Source: an uncultured Verrucomicrobiota bacterium (GTDB lineage: Bacteria > Verrucomicrobiota > Kiritimatiellia > JAAZAB01). Taken from it: a stretch of 64,000 nucleotides of DNA. Below the pieces are notes generated by a model that had not been told where the DNA came from, made no database searches, and worked only from the letters and a program-made list of their open reading frames with translations. Location: NCBI GenBank assembly GCA_964475165.1, contig CAYYVN010000009.1, positions 9,348 through 73,347 on the forward strand, written 5' to 3'. The position numbers were made by a program, and so were the translations under genes. Positions 36,541-46,363 of this stretch are shown here, in pieces; the stretch's first letter is position 1; the number at the start of each line of letters is the position of its first letter.

Positions 36541-37410
36541 AAAAAAATTGTTATCGGTTTGCCCAAGGGGAGCCTGCAAGAAACCACCTTGCAGTTGATG
36601 CGTAAAGCCGGCTTCATGATCTCGGTTGGCTCGCGCTCCTATCTGCCGACGGTGGATGATCCTCTGCTGGAGGCGCGCTTGATCCGCGCCCAGGAAATCA
36701 GCCGCTATGTGGAACACGGCCTGCTGGATGCGGGGATCACCGGTTATGATTGGATCAAGGAAAACGACTCGGATGTTGAGGAGATCGCCGATCTCGTCTA
36801 CGCCAAGCAGGGTATGGCTCCCGTGCGCTGGGTGCTGGCGGTGCCTTGCGATTCGCCGATCAGCCGTGTCGCTGATCTGCAGGGTAAACGCATCGCCACT
36901 GAAGCCGTGGGCTTGACGCGGCGCTTCCTGGAAAAGCATGGCGTGCAAGCGCAAATCGAGTTTTCGTGGGGCGCCACCGAAATGAAGGCGCCCGATCTGG
37001 TGGATGCCATTGTCGAATTGACCGAAACAGGCTCGTCATTGCGCGCGCATAGTTTGCGTATTCTGGAAACCATCATAGAATCCACCACCCGCCTGATCGC
37101 CAATAAAGCGGCCTGGCAAGATCCCGGCAAGCGTGCCAAAATAGAGCAGGTGGCCGTGCTGCTGCAGGGCGCCTTGGCGGCCGAAACTCAGGTGCTCTTG
37201 AAAATGAATGCCACCCAGGAGCGCGTGGCTACCATCACGGATATTTTACCGGCCTTGCATTCGCCCACCATCAATCAATTGAATGAGCAAGGCTGGGTGG
37301 CCATCGAATCGGTGGTCGCCAAGCAAGTGGTTAGGGAAATCATTCCGCGTTTGAAAGCGGCGGGAGCGGAGGGCATCATCGAGATTCCTCTCAACAAGGT
37401 GATTACCTGA
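36541..37410 (+). CDS. hisG: ATP phosphoribosyltransferase, long form.
   Basis: MKKIVIGLPKGSLQETTLQLMRKAGF... A perfect TATAAT sits at ~36494. Confidence 0.85.
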   Translation, partial: KKIVIGLPKGSLQETTLQLMRKAGFMISVGSRSYLPTVDDPLLEARLIRAQEISRYVEHGLLDAGITGYDWIKENDSDVEEIADLVYAKQGMAPVRWVLAVPCDSPISRVADLQGKRIATEAVGLTRRFLEKHGVQAQIEFSWGATEMKAPDLVDAIVELTETGSSLRAHSLRILETIIESTTRLIANKAAWQDPGKRAKIEQVAVLLQGALAAETQVLLKMNATQERVATITDILPALHSPTINQLNEQGWVAIESVVAKQVVREIIPRLKAAGAEGIIEIPLNKVIT

Positions 37411-37708
37411 GGAAGCGCGCGGCTATATTGAACAATTAGATCCAGCACTTGGTCGGGTTAAAAGCATCCATCCGGCTGTCGAGAGGCAACCCAAAGATAA
37501 GCACTGCTGAGGCTGGCTCGGCTGCGCCGGCTCAGGCTGGATGGGCCCGGAGGTCTTGATCAATGCCGCTAGCGCCAGTGATGAGCCTCTCTCCCTTACA
37601 AAAGCAGAGAAAATCCCAGGGCGGCGCGCCTGCTCGGGGGAGTCTCTCAGCGTGGGCTGGCCGGGCAGAATTTGTTAAGAGGTTGGCAACAATAACAGGA
37701 GGGAACAT

Positions 37709-37804
37709 ATGGGATCACTGAAGAAATGGCGCCGCAAAAAGATGTCCAAACATAAACGGCGTAAGCGTCTCAAAGCTAATCGCCATAAGAACATCAATAA
37801 ATAG
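37709..37804 (+). CDS. 31-aa basic micro-protein resembling ribosomal protein bS22.
   Basis: MGSLKKWRRKKMSKHKRRKRLKANRHKNINK preceded by a perfect AGGAGG, 6 nt upstream. It has the MGS-x-KK-RRK-RM-S/AK-KKH-RK-LL pattern seen in bS22 family micro-proteins. It is absent from the ORF track because it is under 60 aa. Confidence 0.55.
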   Translation: MGSLKKWRRKKMSKHKRRKRLKANRHKNINK

Positions 37805-37819
37805 CGGATTGCTGAGTTC

Positions 37820-39856
37820 ATGCGGATAGGTGCGCTATGCGGCTTGATGTGCTTGGCTCTAGTCTGTGGCCTGCTGGCTGGCTGCCAGGTGATCCCGCGG
37901 CCTGCGCAGCAGGCCGGGTCTGAAGCTTCCTTGAGCCAGGGCCAATTGGATTTGGCTGATGCCTTAGCCCATTATAGCCTGGGTTTGTTGCGCGAGGGCC
38001 TGGCTGATCCGGGCGCCTTAACCAATTATCTGCAGGCCCTGCAGTTGCAGCCGGAGCGCTTGGATCTTTACGCTCGTGCCGCGGCCGTGCATCTGCGGCT
38101 GGGGGCGAGCGCGGAGGCCGTGGCTGTGCTCCAAAACGCCTGCCGCCGGAATCCACGCTCGGCGGAGGCCTGCCTTTATCTGGCCCAGGTTTATCAAGCG
38201 CTACAGCAATGGAGCCTGGCCGAGGATGCTTGCCGACAGGCGGCGCGTATCGCTCCTGAATATTTCAAGATCTATCTCCAACTGGCCGCTCTGGCCCAGG
38301 AGCAGGGCGATCAAGAGGGCGCCTTGACCATCCTGGAAGAGGCCTTGGCGCTGGTGGCCGATAAACGTCCCCTGCTGCGTTTGTTGGGCGATCTGCATCT
38401 GCAACGCACCGGTTATCGGGTCCTGGCCGATGGCGCCTTGCCGGAGGTGCAGCTGGCTATAGATTATTATGAACGCGCCGCCCGCGAACCGCCGGATGCG
38501 CTGAGCATCACCTACCTTCGGCAACTGGGCGATCTCTACATGTTGACGCGCCAGTTTGCGGCTGCCGCCGCCTGTTATGGCGCCGTGCTCACCGAACATC
38601 CCGCGGAAATCGCCACCCGCAAAAAGCTGGCGCTTTGCCACCTGGCCCTGGGCGAAAGACAGCCGGCCATTGCTGAGCTGCAAGCCATTGCCGAGCAGGA
38701 ACCCGCCAATCTTGAGGTGCAATGTTATCTGGGCGAATTATATGAGGAGCAGGCCGATATCCCCAAAGCCATCGCGCATTTCATCTCGGCCTGCGCCCAT
38801 GAGGCTGCCTCAGCTAAGCCCTTCTTAAAGCTGGCTCGGCTCTATCTGGAAACCGACCCGCGCAAGGCCAGTCAGGTGTTGGAGTCGGGGCTCAAACAGA
38901 TCCCCGAAGATCAACAGCTGCTCGAAATGCTCATTCCGCTTTATCTGCATAATCAGCAAAAGGATGCCGCCCAGACCGCGCTCTATCGTCTGCAGGCCGT
39001 GGTGAGGCAGCATCATGCGCCTGCTCTGGCCGCGCGGCTCTTGTTTTATTACGCTCTGGCCGCTCAGCATAATGACCTGCCAGAAAATGCCGCGGCCATG
39101 TATCAAGAGGCTATCGAACTGGATCCCTATCTGATCGCCGCGCGCCTGCGCTTAGCCTTTCTCTATTTGGCGCAAGCGCGGCGCCCGGAAGCCCTGCAGA
39201 TTATTGGTGGCGTGGAAGAGCTGCTGCCCGAAGATTTTCATGTTTTGTATTTTTTGGGCTTGTTCTATTTCCGCTTGGAGTATTTCCCGCAAGCCCGGGC
39301 GTATTTTGAGCAGGCCAGCGAAGCCGCGCTCCTCGAAGGCCTGGATGGGTTTGATCTGGATTCTTCTTTTTATTTTGCTTATGGCGCGGCCTGCGAGCGT
39401 TGCGGGGAATGGGCTGCCGCCGAGCTGCTCCTCGAACATGCCATCCGCCTGGATCCCGAGAACGGGGCGGCTTTCAATTATCTGGCTTATATGTGGGCGG
39501 AGCGCGGCCAGAACCTCATGCGGGCCCTGTTCTATATTGACCAAGCCCTGGATCTGGAGCCGGAGAATGGGGCCTTCCTGGATACACTCGGTTGGGTTTA
39601 TTTCCAGCTGGGCCGCTATACCGCAGCGCTCGATGAAATCCATAACGCCCTGGTCTTTATGCCCCAGGAACCGATTATCATGGAACATATGGGCGATGTA
39701 CTGTGGGCCTTGCAGCGCGCGCCGGAGGCTTTCTTCTGGTGGCGCGAGGCTTATCGTCTCAATCCCCAAGCAGCTGAGCTGGGTGCAAAATTAAAAACGC
39801 ACGCTGGCCAGTCGGATAACCCACCAGCGCCGGATGGATATGCGCCTGAGCCTTGA
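37820..39856 (+). CDS. TPR-repeat lipoprotein.
   Basis: Lipobox MRIGALCGLMCLALVCGLLAGC, then about 15 TPR-like helical repeats. Confidence 0.7.
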   Translation: MRIGALCGLMCLALVCGLLAGCQVIPRPAQQAGSEASLSQGQLDLADALAHYSLGLLREGLADPGALTNYLQALQLQPERLDLYARAAAVHLRLGASAEAVAVLQNACRRNPRSAEACLYLAQVYQALQQWSLAEDACRQAARIAPEYFKIYLQLAALAQEQGDQEGALTILEEALALVADKRPLLRLLGDLHLQRTGYRVLADGALPEVQLAIDYYERAAREPPDALSITYLRQLGDLYMLTRQFAAAAACYGAVLTEHPAEIATRKKLALCHLALGERQPAIAELQAIAEQEPANLEVQCYLGELYEEQADIPKAIAHFISACAHEAASAKPFLKLARLYLETDPRKASQVLESGLKQIPEDQQLLEMLIPLYLHNQQKDAAQTALYRLQAVVRQHHAPALAARLLFYYALAAQHNDLPENAAAMYQEAIELDPYLIAARLRLAFLYLAQARRPEALQIIGGVEELLPEDFHVLYFLGLFYFRLEYFPQARAYFEQASEAALLEGLDGFDLDSSFYFAYGAACERCGEWAAAELLLEHAIRLDPENGAAFNYLAYMWAERGQNLMRALFYIDQALDLEPENGAFLDTLGWVYFQLGRYTAALDEIHNALVFMPQEPIIMEHMGDVLWALQRAPEAFFWWREAYRLNPQAAELGAKLKTHAGQSDNPPAPDGYAPEP

Positions 39857-40033
39857 GCTGCTCTTTGTCGGCTGCTGCGCCGCCCGCTGGGAGGCCCCTC
39901 CCTTTCTGCTTGAAAATAGCGTATACCCGGGCTAGCATCCTGATCGGATGCCGCCTTGGGCCTGGCCATGGCCAGGCTGCGACCGACGCCAGCGAGCTAT
40001 CAGGCAGCGGAGCGGGGAGCGGCAATGGCGAGG

Positions 40034-40107
<74 letters not shown>

Positions 40108-40156
40108 CCCTAACATCTGGTGGATCAGTTTGCAAAAATCTATTGCGGGAGGTCGC

Positions 40157-43100
40157 ATGAAAACGCATCCTTGGGTTATAATAATCGGTGCTTCCCTGCT
40201 GCTGAGCGCTCTGGCGCCGGGCGCCCTTAGTGATTCTGACTCAGTCATACCGGCCGCCCGCGCCGCTCAACTTCAAAAGTTGCAGCAGGATCTGCAGGCC
40301 GCCGATCAGCTGCTGGATAGCATCAGGGCGCAACAGCAAAGCCTGGCGCAGCTGCCCCGCGAAGTGCAAGAGGCTCAGCGCCAGGAACGTCAGACCCAGC
40401 GCCAGGAGCAGACGCAGATCCGCGAGCTCCAGACCGCAGAGCGTGAGCTCTCCGGATTAAAAACCCGCCTGACCGCTCTCGAAAAACAAATCATCCGCGC
40501 CGGCGCCGCTCAAGAGAAGCTCGCCGCCCTCAACGCCGCAGAGCAGCAGCTCCAGCGCCAGCAGCAGGCCGCCGCCGCGCGCCTTGAAACCCTGACCGCT
40601 CAGCATCAGGCCGCTCAGCAGGAGCGCGCCGCCCTGCAAACCCAGCTGCAGGAGGCCGCTCAGCGTCTGGCGGCAGCGCAAAAACTGGCTCCGGAACTCA
40701 AACGGCTCCAGAGGGATTTGCAGCGCCGCCAGCAAGAATTGGCGGGGATCACTAATCAGGCTCAGCGCGCCGCCGCGGAGCATGCTCTCATCCGCCAAGA
40801 AATCGAAAGCTTCCAAAGCCGTCTGGCAGAAATCGAACGCGCGGCCAGTACCAATGTTGCGCAAGAGACCTTAAAGCAATTACAAGCCGCGCTGGCGGCC
40901 GCTCAGCAGGAGCGCACCGCCGCCACGGCCGAGCTGCAAACCGCCACCCGCGCCGGCGCCGCCGCCGCCCAAGAGGTTGCCCAGCTCAAGCGCCGCCTGG
41001 CCGCGGCCAGCAAGCGCTTACAGCAAGCCTCTCAACCATCCGGGGCTGTGGAAAAGCTGCAGGCTGAATTGGACCGAGAACAAAAATTACGCGCCGATTC
41101 CGATGCCGCTCTGCAACGCCATCGCGAGGCACGCCACGCGGCCCAGCAGGAAATCGCCGCGCTTGCTGCCCAGATCGCCGAAGCTCAGGCCCGTGAAAAA
41201 GATGTGCAGCGTCAGATTCAAGCCACGGCCCAAGTGCGCACCGCGCTGGAACGGGAGCAAAAATTACAGGTGGCCTCCATGCAGGCCGCCGAGCAGGCCA
41301 CTCGCGCCGCCGAACAAACCGAACGCGAGCTGCTCCAAGCTAAAACCGCTTGGGATAGCCTCTCCTCGCGCCTGGCCGAAACTCATCCGCAACTGCAAGC
41401 CTACCAACGCCTGCAGGAGGAATTGCAAACGGTGCAAAGGCAGCGCCAGGCGGCGCTTGAGCAGGCGCGCCAGGAAGAACAATCATCGCAAGCGGCGGCG
41501 GAGCTGCTGCGCAAACTGCAGCGCCAAATCGCCGCTGCTGAAAAACAGGCCGCGCGCCAACAAGCCACCAAGCTCGCACCGCTCCAGGCGCAGCTGGAGA
41601 AAGAACAGCAGGCTCTGGCGCAGGCCACTGCCGCCGGGCAGCGTCAGACCGCCGCCCGCGCCGCGACCACCCAGGAAGTCGCCGCTCTCGAGCAGCGCCT
41701 GGTCTTTCTGAGCCAACCAGCCGCCGAGGAGGCCAGTCCTTTGGAGCTCGCTTTGCAAGGGCAGCTGCAAGAGGCGCAGCAAGCCCGCGCGGCGGCCGAA
41801 GCCCAGATTCTCCAGGAACGCCAGGCTTATCAGGAGGCCCAAGCAAAATTGAGCTCCTTGCGGCGCGCCTGCCGGGAAGCGGCCCGCCAATCGGAGCAGA
41901 GCAAGAAACATGCGGCCCAGCTGGCTAAACTACAAGCTGATCTAAACCGGCAACAAGAGCTGCAGCGCGCCGCCGCCGCCCAAGCCGCCGAGCAGGCCCA
42001 GCGGCGTCTGGCCGCGGAGCAGGAATTGAGCGCGCAGCAAGCTCAGCTCCAAAGTGTTTCCCAAGCGCTCTCCGCGGCCCCCGCCGCGGCTGCCAGCGCG
42101 CAAGTGCAAGCCGAATTGGCTGCGACTATCCGCCTCAAAGAGGCCGCCCACAAACAAGCGCTCAGTGATGCCGCGGCCACTCAGGTTATCCGTAAATCCC
42201 TGGCGAAAATCCAGACGCAGTTGCAGGCCCAACAAGCGGCCGAGGCGACCCTCCAGCAAAAAATGGAGCGGCAGGCTGAATTGCAAGGCCAGTTAGCGGA
42301 AGCTTCGCAAGAGCTCCGGACGGCTGAAGCCCAAGGGCAGGCCGCGGCCGCCCTGCGGACGGCCGCCGATGAAGAATTGGTGGGCTTACAAGCCCAGCTG
42401 GCCCTGCTGGATAAACAGGTAGCCGAAAAAGAGCGGGCCAATCAACAGCTCATCTCGCTCCAAGCCGAGTTGCAAAAAACCCGCGCGCAAACTCAAGCGC
42501 TGCTGGCGGCCCCGCCAGCGGCGGCGGCCAGGCAAAAGATCGTGGATCTACAGGCCCAACTGCAAGCGGCTGAAAAACGCCTGGCGGATCAAGAGGAACA
42601 AAGCCAGGCTTTGCAAGCGCTGCGCGAACAATTGGCCGGTGAAAAAGAACAGCTTCTGGCCGCCCAAGAGCAATCCCGCGACCGGGATAAAGAGCAGCGG
42701 CTTTTGGAAAAACAAGCCGCCAGCTTGCAGGCCGCCCTCCAGCAGGCCGAAAGCCGTCTGACAAAATGGGCGCGGCGCCTGCCTCCCAGCGCGGCCCTTA
42801 AACAGGAACTCGATCAAGTAAAACGAGAGCAACAAGAGACCCTCGCCGCCGCTCAGGCCGCGCGCGGCGAGCAAACTCGTTTGCAAAGCGAATTGACCTC
42901 TCTGACCAGCCGAACGCAGTTGCTGGCTGATTCCCTGGCTGTGATGCAACGCGAGCTGGCCGCGCGCCCGGCCACAGCTTTGGCGCGGGCGTCCCAGCAG
43001 TCCGCCCCGGTCCCAGCGATCTCCAGGCCTCTCCCGGCCTCATCAAGTTCAACCGCGCTCGCCGGCGGGCCGCATAGCACCGCCGCGCACTTATTGGCGG

Positions 43101-43504
43101 CCGAACAAAAGATCCTGGCCGCCGCTCGCAGCCCGGCAGAGCTCGAGAGCGCTTCTTCGGCTGCCGAAATTGCGCCTGCTCAGGAGGCCGCGGCCGCGCG
43201 CCATTATCACGCCGGCATTCGTCAGTGGGATGCCGGTAATCTGGAAGGGGCCATCGCCGAGTTTGAGCAGACCATTCGCCTGAACCCGGATGCGGCCAGC
43301 GCCTATTATAATCTGGGCTTGGCTTATCTGCGTAAGGAACAGATCGGCACCGCTTGCGATTATGCCTATCAAGCCGGTCGCATTTATTTAAAAGATAACA
43401 ATGTGGCCCAAGCCATGCGCATGATCGCTTTTATTAAAAGCATGGATGCCTCCAGCGGTCTGATTTCGGAATTAAGGCAGGCCATCTCCGCGCAGCAACA
43501 ATAA
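40157..43504 (+). CDS. Giant secreted coiled-coil protein (~1,115 aa) with a C-terminal TPR-like domain.
   Basis: Signal peptide MKTHPWVIIIGASLLLSALAPGALS. Roughly 1,000 aa of Q/A/E/L/R-rich heptad-like sequence follows. It ends with a TPR-like module (AIAEFEQTIRLNPDAASAYYNLGLAYL). No Walker motifs, so it is not SMC. Confidence 0.6.
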   Translation: MKTHPWVIIIGASLLLSALAPGALSDSDSVIPAARAAQLQKLQQDLQAADQLLDSIRAQQQSLAQLPREVQEAQRQERQTQRQEQTQIRELQTAERELSGLKTRLTALEKQIIRAGAAQEKLAALNAAEQQLQRQQQAAAARLETLTAQHQAAQQERAALQTQLQEAAQRLAAAQKLAPELKRLQRDLQRRQQELAGITNQAQRAAAEHALIRQEIESFQSRLAEIERAASTNVAQETLKQLQAALAAAQQERTAATAELQTATRAGAAAAQEVAQLKRRLAAASKRLQQASQPSGAVEKLQAELDREQKLRADSDAALQRHREARHAAQQEIAALAAQIAEAQAREKDVQRQIQATAQVRTALEREQKLQVASMQAAEQATRAAEQTERELLQAKTAWDSLSSRLAETHPQLQAYQRLQEELQTVQRQRQAALEQARQEEQSSQAAAELLRKLQRQIAAAEKQAARQQATKLAPLQAQLEKEQQALAQATAAGQRQTAARAATTQEVAALEQRLVFLSQPAAEEASPLELALQGQLQEAQQARAAAEAQILQERQAYQEAQAKLSSLRRACREAARQSEQSKKHAAQLAKLQADLNRQQELQRAAAAQAAEQAQRRLAAEQELSAQQAQLQSVSQALSAAPAAAASAQVQAELAATIRLKEAAHKQALSDAAATQVIRKSLAKIQTQLQAQQAAEATLQQKMERQAELQGQLAEASQELRTAEAQGQAAAALRTAADEELVGLQAQLALLDKQVAEKERANQQLISLQAELQKTRAQTQALLAAPPAAAARQKIVDLQAQLQAAEKRLADQEEQSQALQALREQLAGEKEQLLAAQEQSRDRDKEQRLLEKQAASLQAALQQAESRLTKWARRLPPSAALKQELDQVKREQQETLAAAQAARGEQTRLQSELTSLTSRTQLLADSLAVMQRELAARPATALARASQQSAPVPAISRPLPASSSSTALAGGPHSTAAHLLAAEQKILAAARSPAELESASSAAEIAPAQEAAAARHYHAGIRQWDAGNLEGAIAEFEQTIRLNPDAASAYYNLGLAYLRKEQIGTACDYAYQAGRIYLKDNNVAQAMRMIAFIKSMDASSGLISELRQAISAQQQ

Positions 43505-43574
43505 ATCCAGGCTGCGCCCGCGCCGCCGCCAATGGATGGGTGGCGCCCGGCGGCGGGCGGTGCTGAACAAAATA

Positions 43575-44579
43575 ATGGCAACTTTAACACAGCTTTATCC
43601 GTTGGTTTTTACCCCAATCTATAAGGATTATATTTGGGGTGGCGACCGCATTATACGGCGTTACCGGCGCACGGCCCCACCGGGAATCTATGCTGAATCA
43701 TGGGAACTGGCTGATCGACCCGAGGCGATGAGCGTCGTGCGGGATGGTCCCCTGGCCGGCCGGACGCTCGCTGATCTGCGGCGCGACTATGGTTCGCAAT
43801 TGTTGGGCGGCCAGGCCGCGGAGCGTTTTCCTCTGCTGGTGAAACTGCTCGACGCCCGTGAATGCCTGAGCGTTCAGGTGCATCCGGATGAAGCCTCAGC
43901 CGCAGCGGTGGGCGGCGAGCCCAAGACCGAGGCCTGGTATGTTATCGATGCTGAGCCCGGCGCCTTGGTCTACGCTGGCTTACGGGCCGGGGTGGGGGCG
44001 GAGACTTTTCGGCGGGCACTAGAGGCCGGATCCCTCAAAGAGCTTTTGCTGGCTGTTCCGGTCCGGCCGGGCGATCTGATCTATATTCCCGGCGGGCGCG
44101 TGCATGCTATCGGTGCCGGCTGTTTGCTGTTGGAAGTTCAGCAGAATTCCGATACCACTTACCGCGTCTTCGATTGGCAACGCTTGGATCGCAATGGTCA
44201 ACCGCGTCAGTTGCATGTTGAGCAGGCTCTGCGTGTGATCCGCTGGAGCACTACGGCGCCGACGCATCTACCGCCGCCGGCAGGTTTATGGGCTGCACCC
44301 AAGGCGGCGGCCGTCTGCCATGAACGCCTGCGTACGCCTTATTTTCAAATCAATCAGCTGGTGATCGTCACCCGCTATGCGGCGGCCACCTCGGCTGAGA
44401 GTTTCCAGATCATCTTCGTCGAGGATGGCGCTCTGCGCTTGCAAAGCGCTCAAGCCACCCTCAGCGCCGCCGCCGGCACCACCCTGCTATTGCCGGCGGC
44501 GCTGGGCGCTTATGAAATCAGCGCCCTCACCGCGCCCCTGCGTATCGTGCAGATCAGCCTGCCGAGCAAACTAGCGTAA
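43575..44579 (+). CDS. manA: Class-I mannose-6-phosphate isomerase.
   Basis: ...LSVQVHPDE...KTEAWYVIDAEPGA..., cupin Zn-binding motifs. Confidence 0.75.
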   Translation: MATLTQLYPLVFTPIYKDYIWGGDRIIRRYRRTAPPGIYAESWELADRPEAMSVVRDGPLAGRTLADLRRDYGSQLLGGQAAERFPLLVKLLDARECLSVQVHPDEASAAAVGGEPKTEAWYVIDAEPGALVYAGLRAGVGAETFRRALEAGSLKELLLAVPVRPGDLIYIPGGRVHAIGAGCLLLEVQQNSDTTYRVFDWQRLDRNGQPRQLHVEQALRVIRWSTTAPTHLPPPAGLWAAPKAAAVCHERLRTPYFQINQLVIVTRYAAATSAESFQIIFVEDGALRLQSAQATLSAAAGTTLLLPAALGAYEISALTAPLRIVQISLPSKLA

Positions 44580-45404
44580 GTGTAGCCGCTGGAGGGCCTG
44601 CCGGAAATCCTGGGGCAATGGCGCGCGCGAGCGCAGCGCCTGGCCGGAGAAGGGCTGGATGAAACGCAGCTCAAAGGCATGCAGGAGCGGACGCGCTATA
44701 GCGCACTCCCAGGAACTGAGGGCGCGGCGGGTAGCATAATAGGGATCGCCCACGATCGGATGCCCGCTGGCGGTCAAGTGCTTGCGAATCTGATGGGTGC
44801 GGCCGGTGGGGATCTTGATCTGTAAATGACTGGCCTGGCGATTGGTATCCAAGACGGTCACCTCCGTCAGCGCGGCTTGGCCATCAATAGGATGCCGAAT
44901 GCTGAAATGCTGCTTATGGAGCCGCCCGGCCACCAGGGCATGATAAACCTTGCCCACCTCGCGTTGCGCAAAGAGCTGGCGCAGGCGTGCCTGCGCCGCT
45001 GGCCGTTTGGCAAATAATAAACAGCCGGAAGTGCCGCGGTCCAAGCGATGCGCCGCCCTCAGCTCCGGCATAGCCAAAGCCTGACGCAGGAGCGTTTCCA
45101 GGCTGCCTGCCCCATTGGCAGTGATGCCCGCCGGCTTATCGACAACCAAATAATCGGCGTCTTGATAAAGAATCCGCTCGGTGATGGGCTCCGGCGTTGC
45201 CGCCGCCGGCAGATTGAGCTGGACAATATCGCCGGCGCGCAAGCTTTGGCGTGCCATCCAGATGCGCCGCTGATTCACAAACACCGCCCGCTGATCGAGC
45301 CAGGCCTTGGCTTGACTGCGCGAAGCTTGCCCCTGGCGCGCCAGAAACTCCAGCAAGGCGCAGCCTGATTCCGTGGCCGATACGCGGAAGGTGAGGATCT
45401 TCAT
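44571..45404 (-). CDS. RluA-family pseudouridine synthase.
   Basis: ...ILYQDADYLVVDKPAGI...HRLDRGTSGCLLFAK... Confidence 0.8.
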   Translation of the reverse strand: MKILTFRVSATESGCALLEFLARQGQASRSQAKAWLDQRAVFVNQRRIWMARQSLRAGDIVQLNLPAAATPEPITERILYQDADYLVVDKPAGITANGAGSLETLLRQALAMPELRAAHRLDRGTSGCLLFAKRPAAQARLRQLFAQREVGKVYHALVAGRLHKQHFSIRHPIDGQAALTEVTVLDTNRQASHLQIKIPTGRTHQIRKHLTASGHPIVGDPYYATRRALSSWECAIARPLLHAFELRFIQPFSGQALRSRAPLPQDFRQALQRLHLR

Positions 45405-45595
45405 GGCGTCGACTATGCCGCAGAAGAGGAGGGCTTGTCAATCAGAGGAGTGCTGCGCGGAGGGGGACGGCAGCTCAGGCCGTGGCCTCCGCCAGCGGGG
45501 CGCTTGGCAATGCCCCCCTGATCTTTTTAATTTTCGGGTTGCTTTTTTGGCCTTATGAATTTATCTTTCAAAAGAACTGAACTTTTTGATCACTC

Positions 45596-46363
45596 ATGAA
45601 ACCGCGTCAGCGTCAGGAACAAATTTTGCAGCGGCTGCGCGCCTTGCCGCGCGAGTGGCAGGTGGAGGAGTTGGCCCGCGCTCTCAAGGTATCGGCCCTG
45701 ACCATCCGTCGTGATCTGGAGGAGCTGGCGCGTGGCGGTTTAATTTTACGCACGCACGGGGGTTGCCTGGATAGCGGGCGCGGTGCGGCCGCCTCCGACT
45801 ACCAGCGCCGCGTGGCCGTTAATTTTGAGCTCAAGCAGGCCATCGGCGCCGAGGCCGCGCGCCAGGTGCGCGCTCATAACGCGCTCTTGATCAATGACGG
45901 TTCCACCTGTTTTCATTTGGCCTCCTGTTTGGGCCGGGGCGGGGCCTTGACCGTCTACACCAATTCGATCATTATGTTGAGCGAGTTGAGCCGTTTTGCG
46001 AATGTACGTCTCTATGTTTTGGGAGGCGAGTATCAGGCGGCTTCGGCCTGCCTGGGCGGCAGCCTGCTGGAAGAAGCCCTGGAAGATATCGCCGCCGACC
46101 TGGTTTTTCTGGGCACCGATGCGGTGGATGCCCAGGGGCGTTGCCTGGTGTTGGATCAAGATACGGCGCGCGTGGCCCGCGTGATGCTGCGCCATGCGCG
46201 GCGGCGCATTCTGCTGGCGGATCATACCAAGGCGGCGGCGCCGGGGCAGGTGGCTTATGCCAGCTTGCCTGATTTCGATCTTTGGATTACTACGGCTGGC
46301 TTGCCAGGGGGCCTTCGCCGCCGTTACCTAAAACAAACCCTGATCAAGGAGGTGCGCATATGA
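45596..46363 (+). CDS. DeoR/GlpR-family transcriptional regulator.
   Basis: N-terminal HTH (RQEQILQRLRALPREWQVEELARALKVSALTIRRDLEELA) and a C-terminal sugar-phosphate-binding domain. Its stop overlaps the next gene's start (ATGA). Confidence 0.8.
   Translation: MKPRQRQEQILQRLRALPREWQVEELARALKVSALTIRRDLEELARGGLILRTHGGCLDSGRGAAASDYQRRVAVNFELKQAIGAEAARQVRAHNALLINDGSTCFHLASCLGRGGALTVYTNSIIMLSELSRFANVRLYVLGGEYQAASACLGGSLLEEALEDIAADLVFLGTDAVDAQGRCLVLDQDTARVARVMLRHARRRILLADHTKAAAPGQVAYASLPDFDLWITTAGLPGGLRRRYLKQTLIKEVRI

Noticed and set aside
41340-42949. Multiple 100-170-aa minus-strand ORFs within the coiled-coil gene.
   Set aside because: They arise from the repetitive GC-rich codons of the Q/A/L-rich gene. 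There are no motifs and they overlap a signal-peptide-bearing coherent ORF.
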